From Chiloscyllium plagiosum (lineage: Eukaryota), in assembly GCF_004010195.1 (NCBI RefSeq), contig NC_057751.1, positions 18,615,543 through 18,679,542 of the forward strand: DNA of 64,000 nt. The letters run 5' to 3'. Position 1 is the stretch's first letter; each line of letters opens with the position of its first letter. Below the pieces are notes generated by a model. That model saw nothing but the letters and a program-made list of their open reading frames with translations. It was not told where the DNA came from and did not search any database. Positions 13,088-23,932 of the stretch are shown one piece after another. Both the position numbers and the translations under genes were made by a program.

Positions 13088-13812
13088 AGAACATTACAGT
13101 GCAGTACAGGCCTTTTGGCCCTCTTGAGTTGCGCCGACCTGTCATGCCAATCTGAAGCCCGTCTAATCTACACTATTCCATGTGCGTCCATATGCTTGTC
13201 CAATGAAGACTTAAATGTACTTAAAGTTGTTGAATCTACTACCGTTGCAGGCAAAGCATTCCATACCCTTACTACTCTGAGTAAAGAAACCACCTCTGAC
13301 ATCTGTCCTATGTCTATCATCCCTCAATTTAAAGCTATGCCCCCTCGTGCTCGCCATCACCATTCTTGGAAAAAGGCTCTCCCTGTCCACCCTGTCTAAC
13401 CCTCTGATTATCTTATATCTATTAAGTCACCTCTCAACCTTCTTCCGTCCAACGAAAACCGCCTCAAGTCCCTCCGCCTTTCCTCGTAAGACCTTCCCTC
13501 CATACAAGGCAGCATCCTGGTAAATCTCCTCTGCATCCTTTCCAAAGCCTCCACATCCTTCTTACAATGCGGTGACCAGAACTGTGCACAATACTCCAAG
13601 TGTGGTAGCACCAGAGTTTTGTACAGCTGTAGCATAACCTCATGGTTCCGGAACTCGATCCCTCTATTAATAAAAGCTAAAACACTGTATACCTTCTTAA
13701 CAACCCTGTCAACCTGGGTGGCAACTTTAAAGGATCCCCCTACCTGGACACAGATCTCTCTGCTCATCTACACTACCAACAATCTTACCATTAGTCCAGC
13801 ACTTTGCATTCC
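13088..13812 (-). mobile_element. 5'-truncated CR1
   Basis: ORF 13408..13767 [32 protein letters not shown]. Confidence 0.9.
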
Positions 13813-14181
13813 GGAAAGTACCGGAGCTCGTGCACAAAGGTGCATGACACCATCTTCTCACTGCCACCTCACACTTGCACTAAATCTGTTGCTGGACATA
13901 GACATCACCAATGCTCATCCACTCCTGAGTTGGTTGATGATGCAGGTCTCCTTCCCCTCGTCTGAGCAATTGCCCCACTCCAGCCAACAGCAGTGTCTTC
14001 TGTTGGAGAGTAAGTATTCATGAGCTGAACAGCAGAGATTTTTGAGAGGGACAAGTTGACTATGGCCATGGCAGGCCAACTTCCATTAATCTCTGTGACA
14101 ATGCACTTTGCTAAAAATGGGGAAAAAAAATCAGGGCATCATTTCCTCTGCCTAATCCTCCTATTAATGTATTGATTGCAG

Positions 14182-14272
14182 ATCATCAGAATCTGGGGAC
14201 ATGTGACACCACAAAGGCTGTAGATGTGAATACTGGAGAAGATACAACTACCTCAGAACGACAAAGAACACA
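14182..14272 (+). pseudogene. Exon-like cassette copy 4 (start AAG, donor lost)
   Basis: gattgcag|atcatcagaatctgggga..., AAG at the ATG position (14214), GEDTTTS core retained, no GT at the homologous donor. Its flanks resemble those of copy 1. Confidence 0.5.
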
Positions 14273-17148
14273 ATTAAACCAAATTTATTGTTTTGTTTCT
14301 TCTTCCCTAACCCTTCCACCACCACCACCCCACTTCCGGTAAGTGTCAGATTTTGTTACATTGTTTGCATGTAATGAAAAATGAAATCTTTTGGTAAATC
14401 TCAATGGAGATGATTGAGTTGTGGTCCAAGTGTGTCAATGTTTACAGGTGACACCAAGATGGGTGGAACAGCAATTTGTCCAGACTGCACTGAATGTGTA
14501 CAGAGGGATACAGATAGGTTAAGTGAGTGGGTATGGCTCTGGCAGATGGAGAACTAGGTTGGTGAGAATAATAGCAAATTGGACCGATGTTTAAATGGTG
14601 AAAATTTTCAGCATGGTGCTGTGCACAGCGACCTGAGTGTCCTTGTGCTTGATTGGCAAAGTTTGTTTGCAAGTGAATTTGAATTGAGTTTGACACGTCT
14701 CCTGAGGCACAGTGAAGAGCTTTGTCTTGCGAGCAATACAGGCAGATCACAGAGTTAACTCGCATAGGTAAGTAAATATTAGGTAAACAGCGGCAAAAAT
14801 AAAAACACAGGTGCAGGCGAATGTTAAGAGTTTGAGAGTCCATTCAGCATTCGAACAACAGTAGGGTAGAAACTGTTAGGAAACCAACTGGTGCACGTGT
14901 TCAGGCTTCTGTACCTTCCGGATGGTAGAGGTTGTAGAAAAGCATTGCCAGGGTGGCATGGATCTTTGTGAATGCTAGCAGCCTTTCATTGACAGCAGGC
15001 CTGGTAGATGGGTTCTATGGATGGGAGGTTGGCCTTTGTGATTGTTCAGGCAGAGTTCACCACTCTCTATAACAGTCTTAAATGGTACATTGCCATTACC
15101 AGGTAGTGATCCATCCAGACAGAATGCTCTCAATGGCGCATCTATAAACGTTGGTGATGGTTTTTGCTATCATGCCAAATGTCCTCTTCTGCCTGAGGAA
15201 GAAGAGACGTTATTGGGCCTTTGTAACCAGTGTGTCCACATGAGTGCAAAAAAGCTTGTTGTGGATGACTACTCCCAAAAGCTTGACACTCCACTCATTC
15301 CACCTTTGTGCTGTTAATGTGTATGAGTAACGTTCCCCCGAAATTCAATAGTAAGTTCTTTTTGGTTTTGCTGGTATTGAGAGCTAGGTTGTTCTCGGTG
15401 CACCATTTTTCCAGATTCTGTCTCCCGTCTGTAGTCTGTTTCATTGCCATTTGAGATTCAGCCAATTATGGTGTCAACAGCGAACTTGTAAATGGCAACA
15501 GTCTGGTATTTGGCAACGCAGTCATGGGTAAATAATGAGTACAGTAGGGGGCTGAGTACGCACCCATTGGGGGTATCCAGGGTTGCATGTTAGTGCGGAT
15601 GAAATATTGTCCCCAGTCTTCACTGATTGTGGCCTGTGGATTAGGAAACTGAGGATCCAGTTGCAGAGAGTGAGTCTTAGTCCAAGATCACTGTTTAGTA
15701 ATCAGTCTCAAAGGGATAATAGTGTTGAAGGCTGTATTTTAGTCAATGAGTTGGATTCTTTCATCGCTGTTCTAGCTGTCAAAATGTTCTAGGGCGGAGT
15801 GGAGGGTCAGTGATATGGCATGTAACGTGGATCTGTTGGTCCGATAGGCAAATTGGAGTGGGTCAAGAGTAGTGGGGAGGCTAGAGTTGATTAATGCCAT
15901 GACCTGCCTTGCAAAGCACTTCATGACCACCAAAGTTAGGGCCACTGGGCGATAGCTCATGCAGCATGTCTCAAAACCTATCTTCAGCACAGGGATGATG
16001 TTGGCCCTCTTGAAACAGGCAGGGACAGCAGCCTGCTGCAGGTTGAAGATGTCAGAGCAGATTTCTGCCAGTTCATCTGCGCATGCTGTGAGTGCACAGC
16101 CTAGTACTCTGGTCCCATTGCTTTCCTTGGATTCACACAAAGCAAAACTGATCTGACTCTGCAGTGACTGTTTGGATAGGTTCATCAGGAGTTGTCGGAA
16201 CGGGTGTTACCTCTCTGCCAAAGTTCTGCTCAAAGCGAGCATAGAAGGCATTGAGATGATCTGGGAGGGATATGTTATTGTCTGCTATCTTGCACTGGCT
16301 GTTTTTAGAACCTGTGAAGTCATTCAGTCCCTGCCATAGTCGCCGGGTGTCTGTCTGTGTCGCTAGTTTGCATCTCTATTGGTCCTTGGCTGTCTTAATG
16401 GCTCTGTGAAGGTCATACTTGGGTTCCTTTTATATTTGAGTGGGTCTCCTGATCTGAAGGCCTCATGCCTGGTTTTTAGCAGGTTCTGTATGTCCTGGTT
16501 CATCGAGGGTATCCTGTTAAGTACCACCCAGATTGACTTCCCTGGTATGCAGCCCTCGACATACTTGCTGATAAACGTCTGTGACGGTGGTGGCGTACTC
16601 CTCCAAAGTACCTGCAGACTGTTTCAACATGGCCCAATCAGCTGATTCCAGACAGCACCAGAGTTGATTCTCTCTCCTCCGACTACCACTGGATCTATAT
16701 CCGTGAGGGTGGTCTCCTGCTTGAACTTTTGCCTGTAAGCCAGAAGGAGAAATGTTGCATTGGTCAGAGTTCCTGAAATGAGGGCAGGGGTTGGAGCAGT
16801 TGGCATCCTTCACAGTGGTGCAGCAGTGGTCTAAAATGTTCGGGTCTCTGGTGGGGTAGGTAATGTTCTAGTGGTGCTTGGGCAGCACCTTCCTTAAATT
16901 GGCTTGATTGAAGTCACCAGTTACAATAAACAGTGCCTTAGGGTGTTCCATCTTCAGAGTGTTGATGGTGGATACAGTACGTCCAGAGCTTCCTGAACCT
17001 TTGCTTGTGGTGGTATGGACACAGCAGTTAGTATAACAGAGTGGTAAATGCTGTGATAGTTAGGAGCAGCATTTGATGGTGAGGGATTCAGGGTTTGGGG
17101 AGCAATGGCTGCCCAGGATTGCAATGTCCATGCATCACAAATTGATTA

Positions 17149-17470
17149 GATTAGATTAGATTACATTACATTACAGTGTGGAAACAGGCCCTTCGGCCCA
17201 ACAAGTCCACACCGACCCGCCGAAGCGAAACCCACCCATACCCCTACATTTACCCCTTACCTAACACTACTGGCAATTTAGCATGGCCAATTCACCTGAC
17301 CCTGCACATCTTTTGGACTGTGGGAGGAAACCGGAGCACCCGGAGGAAACCCACGCAGACACGGGGAGAATGTGCAAACTCCACACAGTCAGTCGCCTGA
17401 GGCGGGAATTGAACCCGGGTCTCAGGCGCTGTGAGGCAGCAGTGCTAACCACTGTGCCACCGTGCCGCCC
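17149..17470 (-). mobile_element. Young full-length HE1-like SINE with 13-bp TSD
   Basis: TSD cacaaattgatta at 17136-17148 and 17472-17484; intact CpGs and A/B boxes. Confidence 0.93.
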
Positions 17471-17738
17471 ACACAAATTGATTAAAAAGCAAACCTCTCC
17501 ACCATTTCTCTTACCTGAGGACGCTGTACAATCCAATAAGGTGGATAGAGAAACCATCAGTCTGAAATGCCCATCGAGAATGGATGGGGTTGAGCCAGGT
17601 TTCCGTGAAGCAGAGTGCGCAGCAATCCTGCAGTTCACAATGGGATCTGAGTTTCGTCTGTCTTGTTCTCCAGAGATTATACATTTGCCAGGAGTAAGTT
17701 AGGAGGTGGGAGGGGTGTCTTGAAACCAAGTAGTCTCA

Positions 17739-17931
17739 GTTGAAACTTTATTGCTGGAACAGCACAGCAGGTCAGGCAGCATCCAGGGAACAGGAGATTC
17801 GACGTTTCGGGCACAGGCCCTTCTTCAGGAATCCTGAATTCCTGAAGAAGGGCCTGTGCCCGAAACGTCGAATCTCCTGTTCCCTGGATGCTGCCTGACC
17901 TGCTGTGCTGTTCCAGCAATAAAGTTTCAAC
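17739..17931. mobile_element. Perfect palindromic Penelope-derived element (94-bp arms, 5-nt loop) with 12-bp TSD
   Basis: 17739-17832 is the exact reverse complement of 17838-17931; caagtagtctca is duplicated at 17727-17738 and 17932-17943. The arm sequence matches the repeat beside the GIY-YIG fragment at 38845-38930. Confidence 0.92.
17838..17873 (+). ncRNA. Minimal type-I hammerhead ribozyme motif (mirror copy on the minus strand at 17797-17832)
   Basis: ATTC-CTGAAGA-A-GGGC-CTGT-GCCC-GAAA-CGTC-GAAT: core CUGAnGA and GAAA, 4-bp stem II, 4-bp stem I (ATTC/GAAT), palindromic ACGU in place of stem III, and a GUC cleavage triplet. Confidence 0.7.
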
Positions 17932-20402
17932 CAAGTAGTCTCAGTCTTACTAGCAGACCGGCACGCTTGACTCGCTTCCTCACAGTCTTTTTACATTTGT
18001 GTGGTCTGGTGGAGTGGATCGCAACTGCTAGTTAAGTGATCCTTCCTAGGACCCTGTGGAGCAGTTTAGTCTACTTTTGCAGAGGGTCTGCCTAGGACCC
18101 AGTGTAGCACGTAATTTACTATGTAGCTTATTTTTACAGGAGGGAGTGTGTTTAGGACTCAGCGGAAAAGGTAAGTTTTTGCTTGTGTTCCGATTTGACC
18201 AGTTAGTTCCTGCTTTCAGTTGCTTGCGATTTGCTGTTACATGTCGAGCACGTTTTTTTTTTTAAATTTCAGACTTGTTTGGGCTGTCTCCAGGTAAGTT
18301 CTGATAGATTTCTTGTCAGGTAGGTAATTAAGTGCAGCAGGTAATTAAGAAGTCAAATTGAATATTGTCCTTCATTGCTCGAGGGATGGAATTTAAAAAC
18401 TAGGAGTTTACGCTGCGGCTGAATAGGGAAATGATGTACTGGCACTGCCGGGGGTGCTGAGGATATTCACGAGATTGATTCAGCAGTTGAGGCAGTTGGC
18501 TATTGAGGAGATGGGGACAATACTCCTTGGAATTAAGATTGAGGGGAATTCTTATTGTAACGTATTTTGAAGGGAGTAGATGAGATGGTAAGGTTGTTTC
18601 CACGAGCTGGTGAAACTAGAACTAGGGGACATAGCATCAAAATAAGGGGAAGTAAAATTTAGGACTGAGTTGAAGAGAAATCTCTTTTCCCAAAGGGTTG
18701 TGAATCTGTGGAAATCCCTGCCTTGTGAAGCAGTTGAGGCTACTTTTGTTTTTTTAAGGCAAAGATAGATGTTTGAACAGTAAAGGAAATAAGAGTTATG
18801 GTGAGCAGGCTGCTAAGTAGAGCTGAGTCCATGAAAAGATCAACCATGATCTTATTGAATATAGCAGCAGGTTCGAGCGGCCAAATTGCCTACTCCTGCT
18901 CCTATTTCTTGTGTAGGGGAAAAATGAACTGTCAGACACTGAAGAGTCAAAGCAAGTGTTGTATGTTGTCTCTGTAAGTGTACAAAACATTTAGCCTATA
19001 TTGGCATGTCAGAGTATGAGACATTTAATCTGATATGTATGAACCAGTGTTTGTTTTTAAAGGACTTTGAAATTATTATGAAGGTTAGTATTAATAAAGG
19101 ATTCCAGGGCAATATTACAATTAGCCACAAAGTTGTGCTTATTGTGCATAATTTTCATAGGAATAGAACATCGTGTAGCAATTCACAGGCACATTACCAA
19201 ACATGAATTGTCATCAAGCTACAAACAAAGGAGTGGGCACAGAGGAATGGGATATTTTGTCCATTTTAGTTTGTTGTTTTTGGGAAGTTTCATGCCAAGT
19301 GTCCCGACATGACTTACTATGACCTTCCTTGTGCTATCTTCTACTCCTCACCGCATTAATTATCTGACAGATGGTTTTTTGGTTTCCTCCTCATGCAATC
19401 TCGTGTCAGGAAAGAAAATATTCCTGCTGCTGCTCACACCTTCCAGGTTACAAGTCTCCTGGCACCATAGTAAAGCCCAACTGTATGTGGTCTAAGCCTT
19501 AAGGTTGATGCTGTATGTGGAAAATTCAAGGTCATGTTTAGTAAAGGAACATTATTTGGCAGAGGGCCTCCATTTCAACAAATCTGAATTTCAAGTCTTA
19601 ATTGGATGGGTATATGTATAGGAAGGGTTTGGAGGGATATGGGCCGGGTGTTGGCAGGTGGGACTAGATTGAGCTGGGATACCTGGTTGGCATGGACGAG
19701 TTGAACCGAAGGGTCTGTTTCCATGCTGTACATCTCTATGACTTTATGGTATTGTCGAGTTTCTCTTCTGAGGAGTGGAGAATTGCAAGTTGCGTTGACA
19801 TGAGACAAGATTAGCTCATCTTTTAAATACAAATTCATGAAAATTCTTGTTTTTCGTTATCGAGATTCAGAACGTATCGTTGAAACCTAAAGGGTAAAAT
19901 GGGAAATATTTTCTTGGTCTTGCAAACACAATTATTTCTCAATTTTGTTGTTTTTTTTCCCATGTTATGTTCCATTGCCACTCAAGGACACTTAAACAGA
20001 AATTGCCAGTTTGAGATATAAACAACATTAAGACATAAAGGTAGTGTAGCAAACTATGCTTGGTTTGAATTCATATCTACGCATTTCAACTAAAGAAAGG
20101 GTAACGGCTCCATTGTCAATAAGAAATGGATGTAGGGAGAAAAAGATTTCTTGGCTACATAATTTGACATTTGTCAGTAATGATGGAAGGGACAATGTTG
20201 GTTTAACAAACTGTAGTTTGCTCCTGAACAGCATTGTGGATCGACCTCCCCATTCCATTGGATTAAGTAGTTAGCTCATACTGCCTTTTCATGGGCAGTG
20301 AAGGATTGATGAGAAGTTCTGGCTCAGGCACCCATGTCCATAAACTCATAAACCAATACTTTAAAGATTTAGAGTTTGACATATGAGTGAGTCAGTTACA
20401 GT

Positions 20403-20962
20403 TAGAGTCATGCAGCATGGAAACAGACCCTGCAGTCCAACTCACCCATACCAACCAAGTTTTCCAAACTGAATTTGTCCCAGTTGCCTGCATTTAGCCC
20501 ATGTCCCTCGAAACATTTTATACTTGTGTACCTGTCCAAATGTCATTTCAGTGTTAAAAGTGTACCTACACCAACCGCTTTGGCAGTTCATTCCACACGT
20601 GAACTACCCTCGTGAAACAGTTGCCCCTCAGATTCCTTTTCAGTCTTTTTCCTCTCATCGTAAACTTAGGCCTCCTAATTTTGAACTCTTTCTCTCCCCC
20701 CCCCCCCCCCCAAACCTTTGGGAAAAGATGTTTGCTATTCACCTTATTCATGTAGCTATAATTTTTATAAACCTCTACAAAGTCACCCCTCAACCTTTCC
20801 AATATTTAAAAACAAAATCTCAGCCTATCCAGCCTCACTATAACCAAACCCCTCCAGTCCTGGTAACATGTAAATCTTTTCTGCACCCTCAAATTTAATA
20901 TCTTTCCTGTGGCTGGATGATCAGAACAGTACACAGTACTCCAAAAGCGACCTCTACAATGT
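20403..20962 (-). mobile_element. CR1 3' fragment
   Basis: ORF 20566..20802 RLRGDFVEVYK...RGNCFTRVVHVWNELP. Confidence 0.85.
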
Positions 20963-21419
20963 TGGGATTGTACCCACTGAAGGATCTGGGAGATAGAATT
21001 TTTAGATTTCTACACTAACAGGACTAGATAAGTTGCAGGATGGTTGGGGAGTTCAGAACCAGCGGTCAAATTTTTTTTAGGTTTAGGACTAGAATAGAAT
21101 AGCAATTTATGTCACGTGTATTTTTATTTAGAAAGTTACCGTGAAATGTTTGATATGTTGCCATACCACAGAGTCTAAATTAATAAATAAGGGAAGGCAA
21201 AAAAAGGAAAAATTAACGGCTCCTAGTTTCCCATTACGCTGGAAAACCGGGCCGAAACCGCCCAATAGGGCCCAGCAAAGACTGCAATGCCACGCTGAGA
21301 TAGCCGTGCCACACTGATATAGCCGCACCACGCTGAGATGAGACCTCTATGTTAAGCCTTTGAATGACCCAACTCCAAAGCAAGGACAGTCCATTTCACA
21401 GTAGAGGTGGTGTTGGCAC

Positions 21420-23192
21420 TTCAAGAAGCTAGAGAGGAGTTGCAGACTTTGTGCCTGTTATTTTTGCAATATTATTAGCCACAAGTGATGTCCTGGAAGG
21501 CGAGAGAGTGGAGAATGTGCCCTTATTCTAGAAGGGCTGCAAAGAAAACCTGGGAATTACAGACCAGTAAGCTTAACATCTGTAGGAGGCAAGTTATTTG
21601 AGAAGATTTTGAAGGATAATACATAAATGAATTTTGATAGACAGGGTTTGATTAGGAGTAGTTAGCATGACTTTGAGTGGAAGATAATGTCTCTCCAAGT
21701 TGTTAGTTCTTTGAAGTGACCAGGAAGGTTGACTAGGGAAGGGTGGTAGATGTAGTCTATGAATTTCATTAAGGCCTTTGATAAGGTTCCACATATTAGG
21801 CATGGAATCCAGGGAAAGCTGCCAGATTGGGGAGACAATTCACTTGATGGTAGGAAGCAGAGGGTAATAGTGCAAGGATGCTTGGAGGAGTGGAGGCCTG
21901 TAACCAGTGGAGTGCATCAGGAGTTGGTGCTGGGCCCATTATTGTTGTCTTAATCATTGATTTGGAAGCGAATCTAAAAGGCATTAGATTACTTATTGTG
22001 GAAACAGGCCCTTCGGCCCAACAAGTCCACACCAACCCTCCGAAGAGCAACCCACCCAGACTCATTCCCTTACACTTACCCCTTCACCTAACACTACGGG
22101 CAATTTAGCATGGCCAATTCGGAGGAAACCCAGACAGTGGGATAATGTGCAAACTCCACACAGCCAGTTGCCTGAGGCAGGAATTGAACCTGGGTCTCTG
22201 GTGCTGTGAGGCAGCAGTGCTAACTACTGTGCCACATGATTAGTAAATTTGCAGATGACACTAAAATAGATGCTGTCATGGACAGTGAGGAAGATTATCA
22301 GAAATTGTAGCAGGACCTTGATCAGCTGGGGAAGTTGTATTAGATGTTGCTGAGGCCATCCTGGAGTATTGTTCAGTTTTGGACACTTTGCTATAAGAAG
22401 GATGTAACTAAACTGGAAAGAGTGCAGAAGAAATTTACAAGGATGAAGGGCCTGTTTCCACACTGTAAGTAATCTAAAGTGGGCGGCACGGTGGCACAGT
22501 GGTGAGGCCATCCTGGAGTATTGTTCAGTTTTGGACACTTTGCTATAAGAAGGATGTAACTAAACTGGAAAGAGTACAGAAGAAATTTACAAGGATGTTG
22601 CCAGAACTGAAGGGTCTGAGTTATAAGGAGAGATTGGACAAGCTAGGACTTTTTTCATTAGAGCAGAGGAGACAGAGGTGGAGGATCTTCTAGAAGATCG
22701 AGGGGCATGATAAGGTGAATGCACTCAGTCTTTTTCCCCAGAGTTGGGGAATCTAGGACAGAGGGCATCAGTTTAAGGTTAGAGGGCAAAAATAAAAGGG
22801 AACCTGAGGAGCAACTTTTTTTCACAGAGGGATATGCATATATGTAATGAGGTGTCGCAACTGGTTGAGGCGGGTACGTTAATAACATTTAAAAGGCATT
22901 TGGACAAATACATGGATAGTAAAGGATTAGAAGGATATGGGTCAAGAGTGTGGTGCTGGCAAAGCACAGCGGAGCACGCAGCATCCTAGGAACAGAATCA
23001 ATGTTTTGGGCATAAGCTCTTCATCATGTTTCCTGCACTTAGAACTCTGATCTCCAGCATTTGCAGTCCTCACATTCTCCTTCAGAAGGATATGGACTGA
23101 GTGCAGGGAAGTGGCGTTTAGTGTAAATGGACATTTTGGTCAGCACAGACTAGTTTGGGCCAAAGGACCTGCCTCCATGCTGTAGGACTCTA
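21420..23192 (+). mobile_element. Degenerate CR1 RT region with nested SINE and Penelope-like repeat
   Basis: KAFDKVPH, WRPVTSGV, LERVQKKFTRMLPELKGLSYKERL. Confidence 0.88.
21984..22235 (-). mobile_element. HE1-like SINE with internal deletion
   Basis: Matches the 17149 copy at both ends and lacks part of the central domain. Confidence 0.85.
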
Positions 23193-23196
23193 AACT

Positions 23197-23517
23197 GGGG
23201 GCGGCACTGTGGATCAATGGTTAGCACTGCTGCCTCAGCGCCAGGGACCCGGGTTCAATTCCCACCTTGGGCAACTGTGTGGAGTTTGCACATTCTCCCC
23301 GTGTCTGCATGGGTTTCCTCTGGGTGCTCCAGTTTCCTTCCACAGTCTAAAAATATGCAGGTTAGGTGAATTGGCCGTGCTAAATTTCCTGTATTGTTAG
23401 GTGCATTAGTCAGGGGTAAATGTAGGGGACTGGGTCCGGGTGAGTTGATCTTCGGAGGGTCGGTGTGGACTTGTTGGACTGAAGGGCCTGTTTCCACAAT
23501 GTAGGGAATCTAATCCA
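23197..23517 (+). mobile_element. HE1-like SINE
   Basis: ggggcggcac...ggttagcactgctgcctca...gggttcaattccc...gaagggcctgtttccac...aatctaatc. Confidence 0.9.
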
Positions 23518-23756
23518 ATTGCTCAACATGACATGTTTTCAAGATTTTCACCATTGAATGGGAAAAGAACAATCTCCTGACATCCCACCTGGATCAAGCT
23601 TTATACAGCTTAAAATTGCTCTATAACTCTTAACTAGAACAAACTTTGCTCCAAAACAGTTTACTCCCTGCATTATATCTTAATCTACACTCAGATTAAG
23701 ATATGATTTGGAGACGCCGGTGTTGGACTGGGGTGTACACCCCAGATTAAGATAGT

Positions 23757-23874
23757 ACTTCACTTTCCCTGAAGTAGAATCCCATGTGAGTACATCAGTT
23801 TCTTTCGTTAACTACTGTTGAGTTTATTTTCTCCGCACTGCATCTTTTCCAAAACGCCTCTATTGACCTATAAA
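23757..23874 (+). promoter_or_regulatory. Candidate interferon-responsive promoter or first-intron module of the NLR gene
   Basis: IRF-type ACTTCACTTTCC (23757-23768) overlaps GAS TTCCCTGAA (23765-23773). ISRE-like CAGTTTCTTTCG is at 23796-23807 and TATAAA at 23869-23874. All lie within ~160 bp of the putative start exon. Short motifs can occur by chance. Confidence 0.4.
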
Positions 23875-23913
23875 TGGCAGGGCCAACTGGATTTTATTTT
23901 CCAGCTGAGGGCC

Positions 23914-23932
23914 ATGCAAGGTAATGTGCAGG
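23914..23932 (+). CDS. Putative start-codon micro-exon of the NLR gene (MQGNVQ, phase 1)
   Basis: Acceptor ttttattttccag ends at 23904, gccATG is at 23914, and two phase-1 donors follow (aag|gtaatg after 23920, cagg|gtaaga after 23932). Both join in frame to the exon at 24326. Confidence 0.55.

Larger units (their letters stand above)
6040..14015 (+). repeat. Local segmental duplication: ~6040-7770 is paralogous to ~11535-14015; a third partial copy is at ~19080-19470
   Basis: Long shared non-TE blocks, e.g. gcatctaggaacgacttcactcactgtcctcacaggaagctgaaatatctcctacagtgaagctggctcctcac at ~7065 and ~12841, and atcacatcctgtggcaa at ~6761 and ~12533. Confidence 0.9.
14676..18328 (-). mobile_element. 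Near full-length degenerate Rex1/Babar-type LINE inserted in an old CR1
   Basis: LCFTETWL (APE), ACADELAEICSDIFN..YRPVALTLVVMKCF..LDPLQFAYRTNRST (RT) and a (tcaa)n-like tail at ~14680. The host CR1 breaks at gcaagtg (~14674) and resumes at aagtgcagcagg (~18330). Confidence 0.85.

Noticed and set aside
410..14272. CRISPR-like or RSS-flanked V(D)J-type segment array
   Set aside because: Spacing is kilobases and irregular, copies are diverged, and I saw no heptamer/nonamer pairs flanking the cassettes; there are no cas or Ig-domain sequences.
17149..17470. tRNA gene (A and B boxes)
   Set aside because: The boxes belong to the tRNA-derived head of a multi-copy SINE; no complete cloverleaf is evident.
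17739..17931. Class II MITE or miRNA precursor
   Set aside because: The arm is homologous to the terminal repeat beside the GIY-YIG Penelope fragment and carries a hammerhead core, so a retroelement origin fits better; there is no evidence of miRNA processing.
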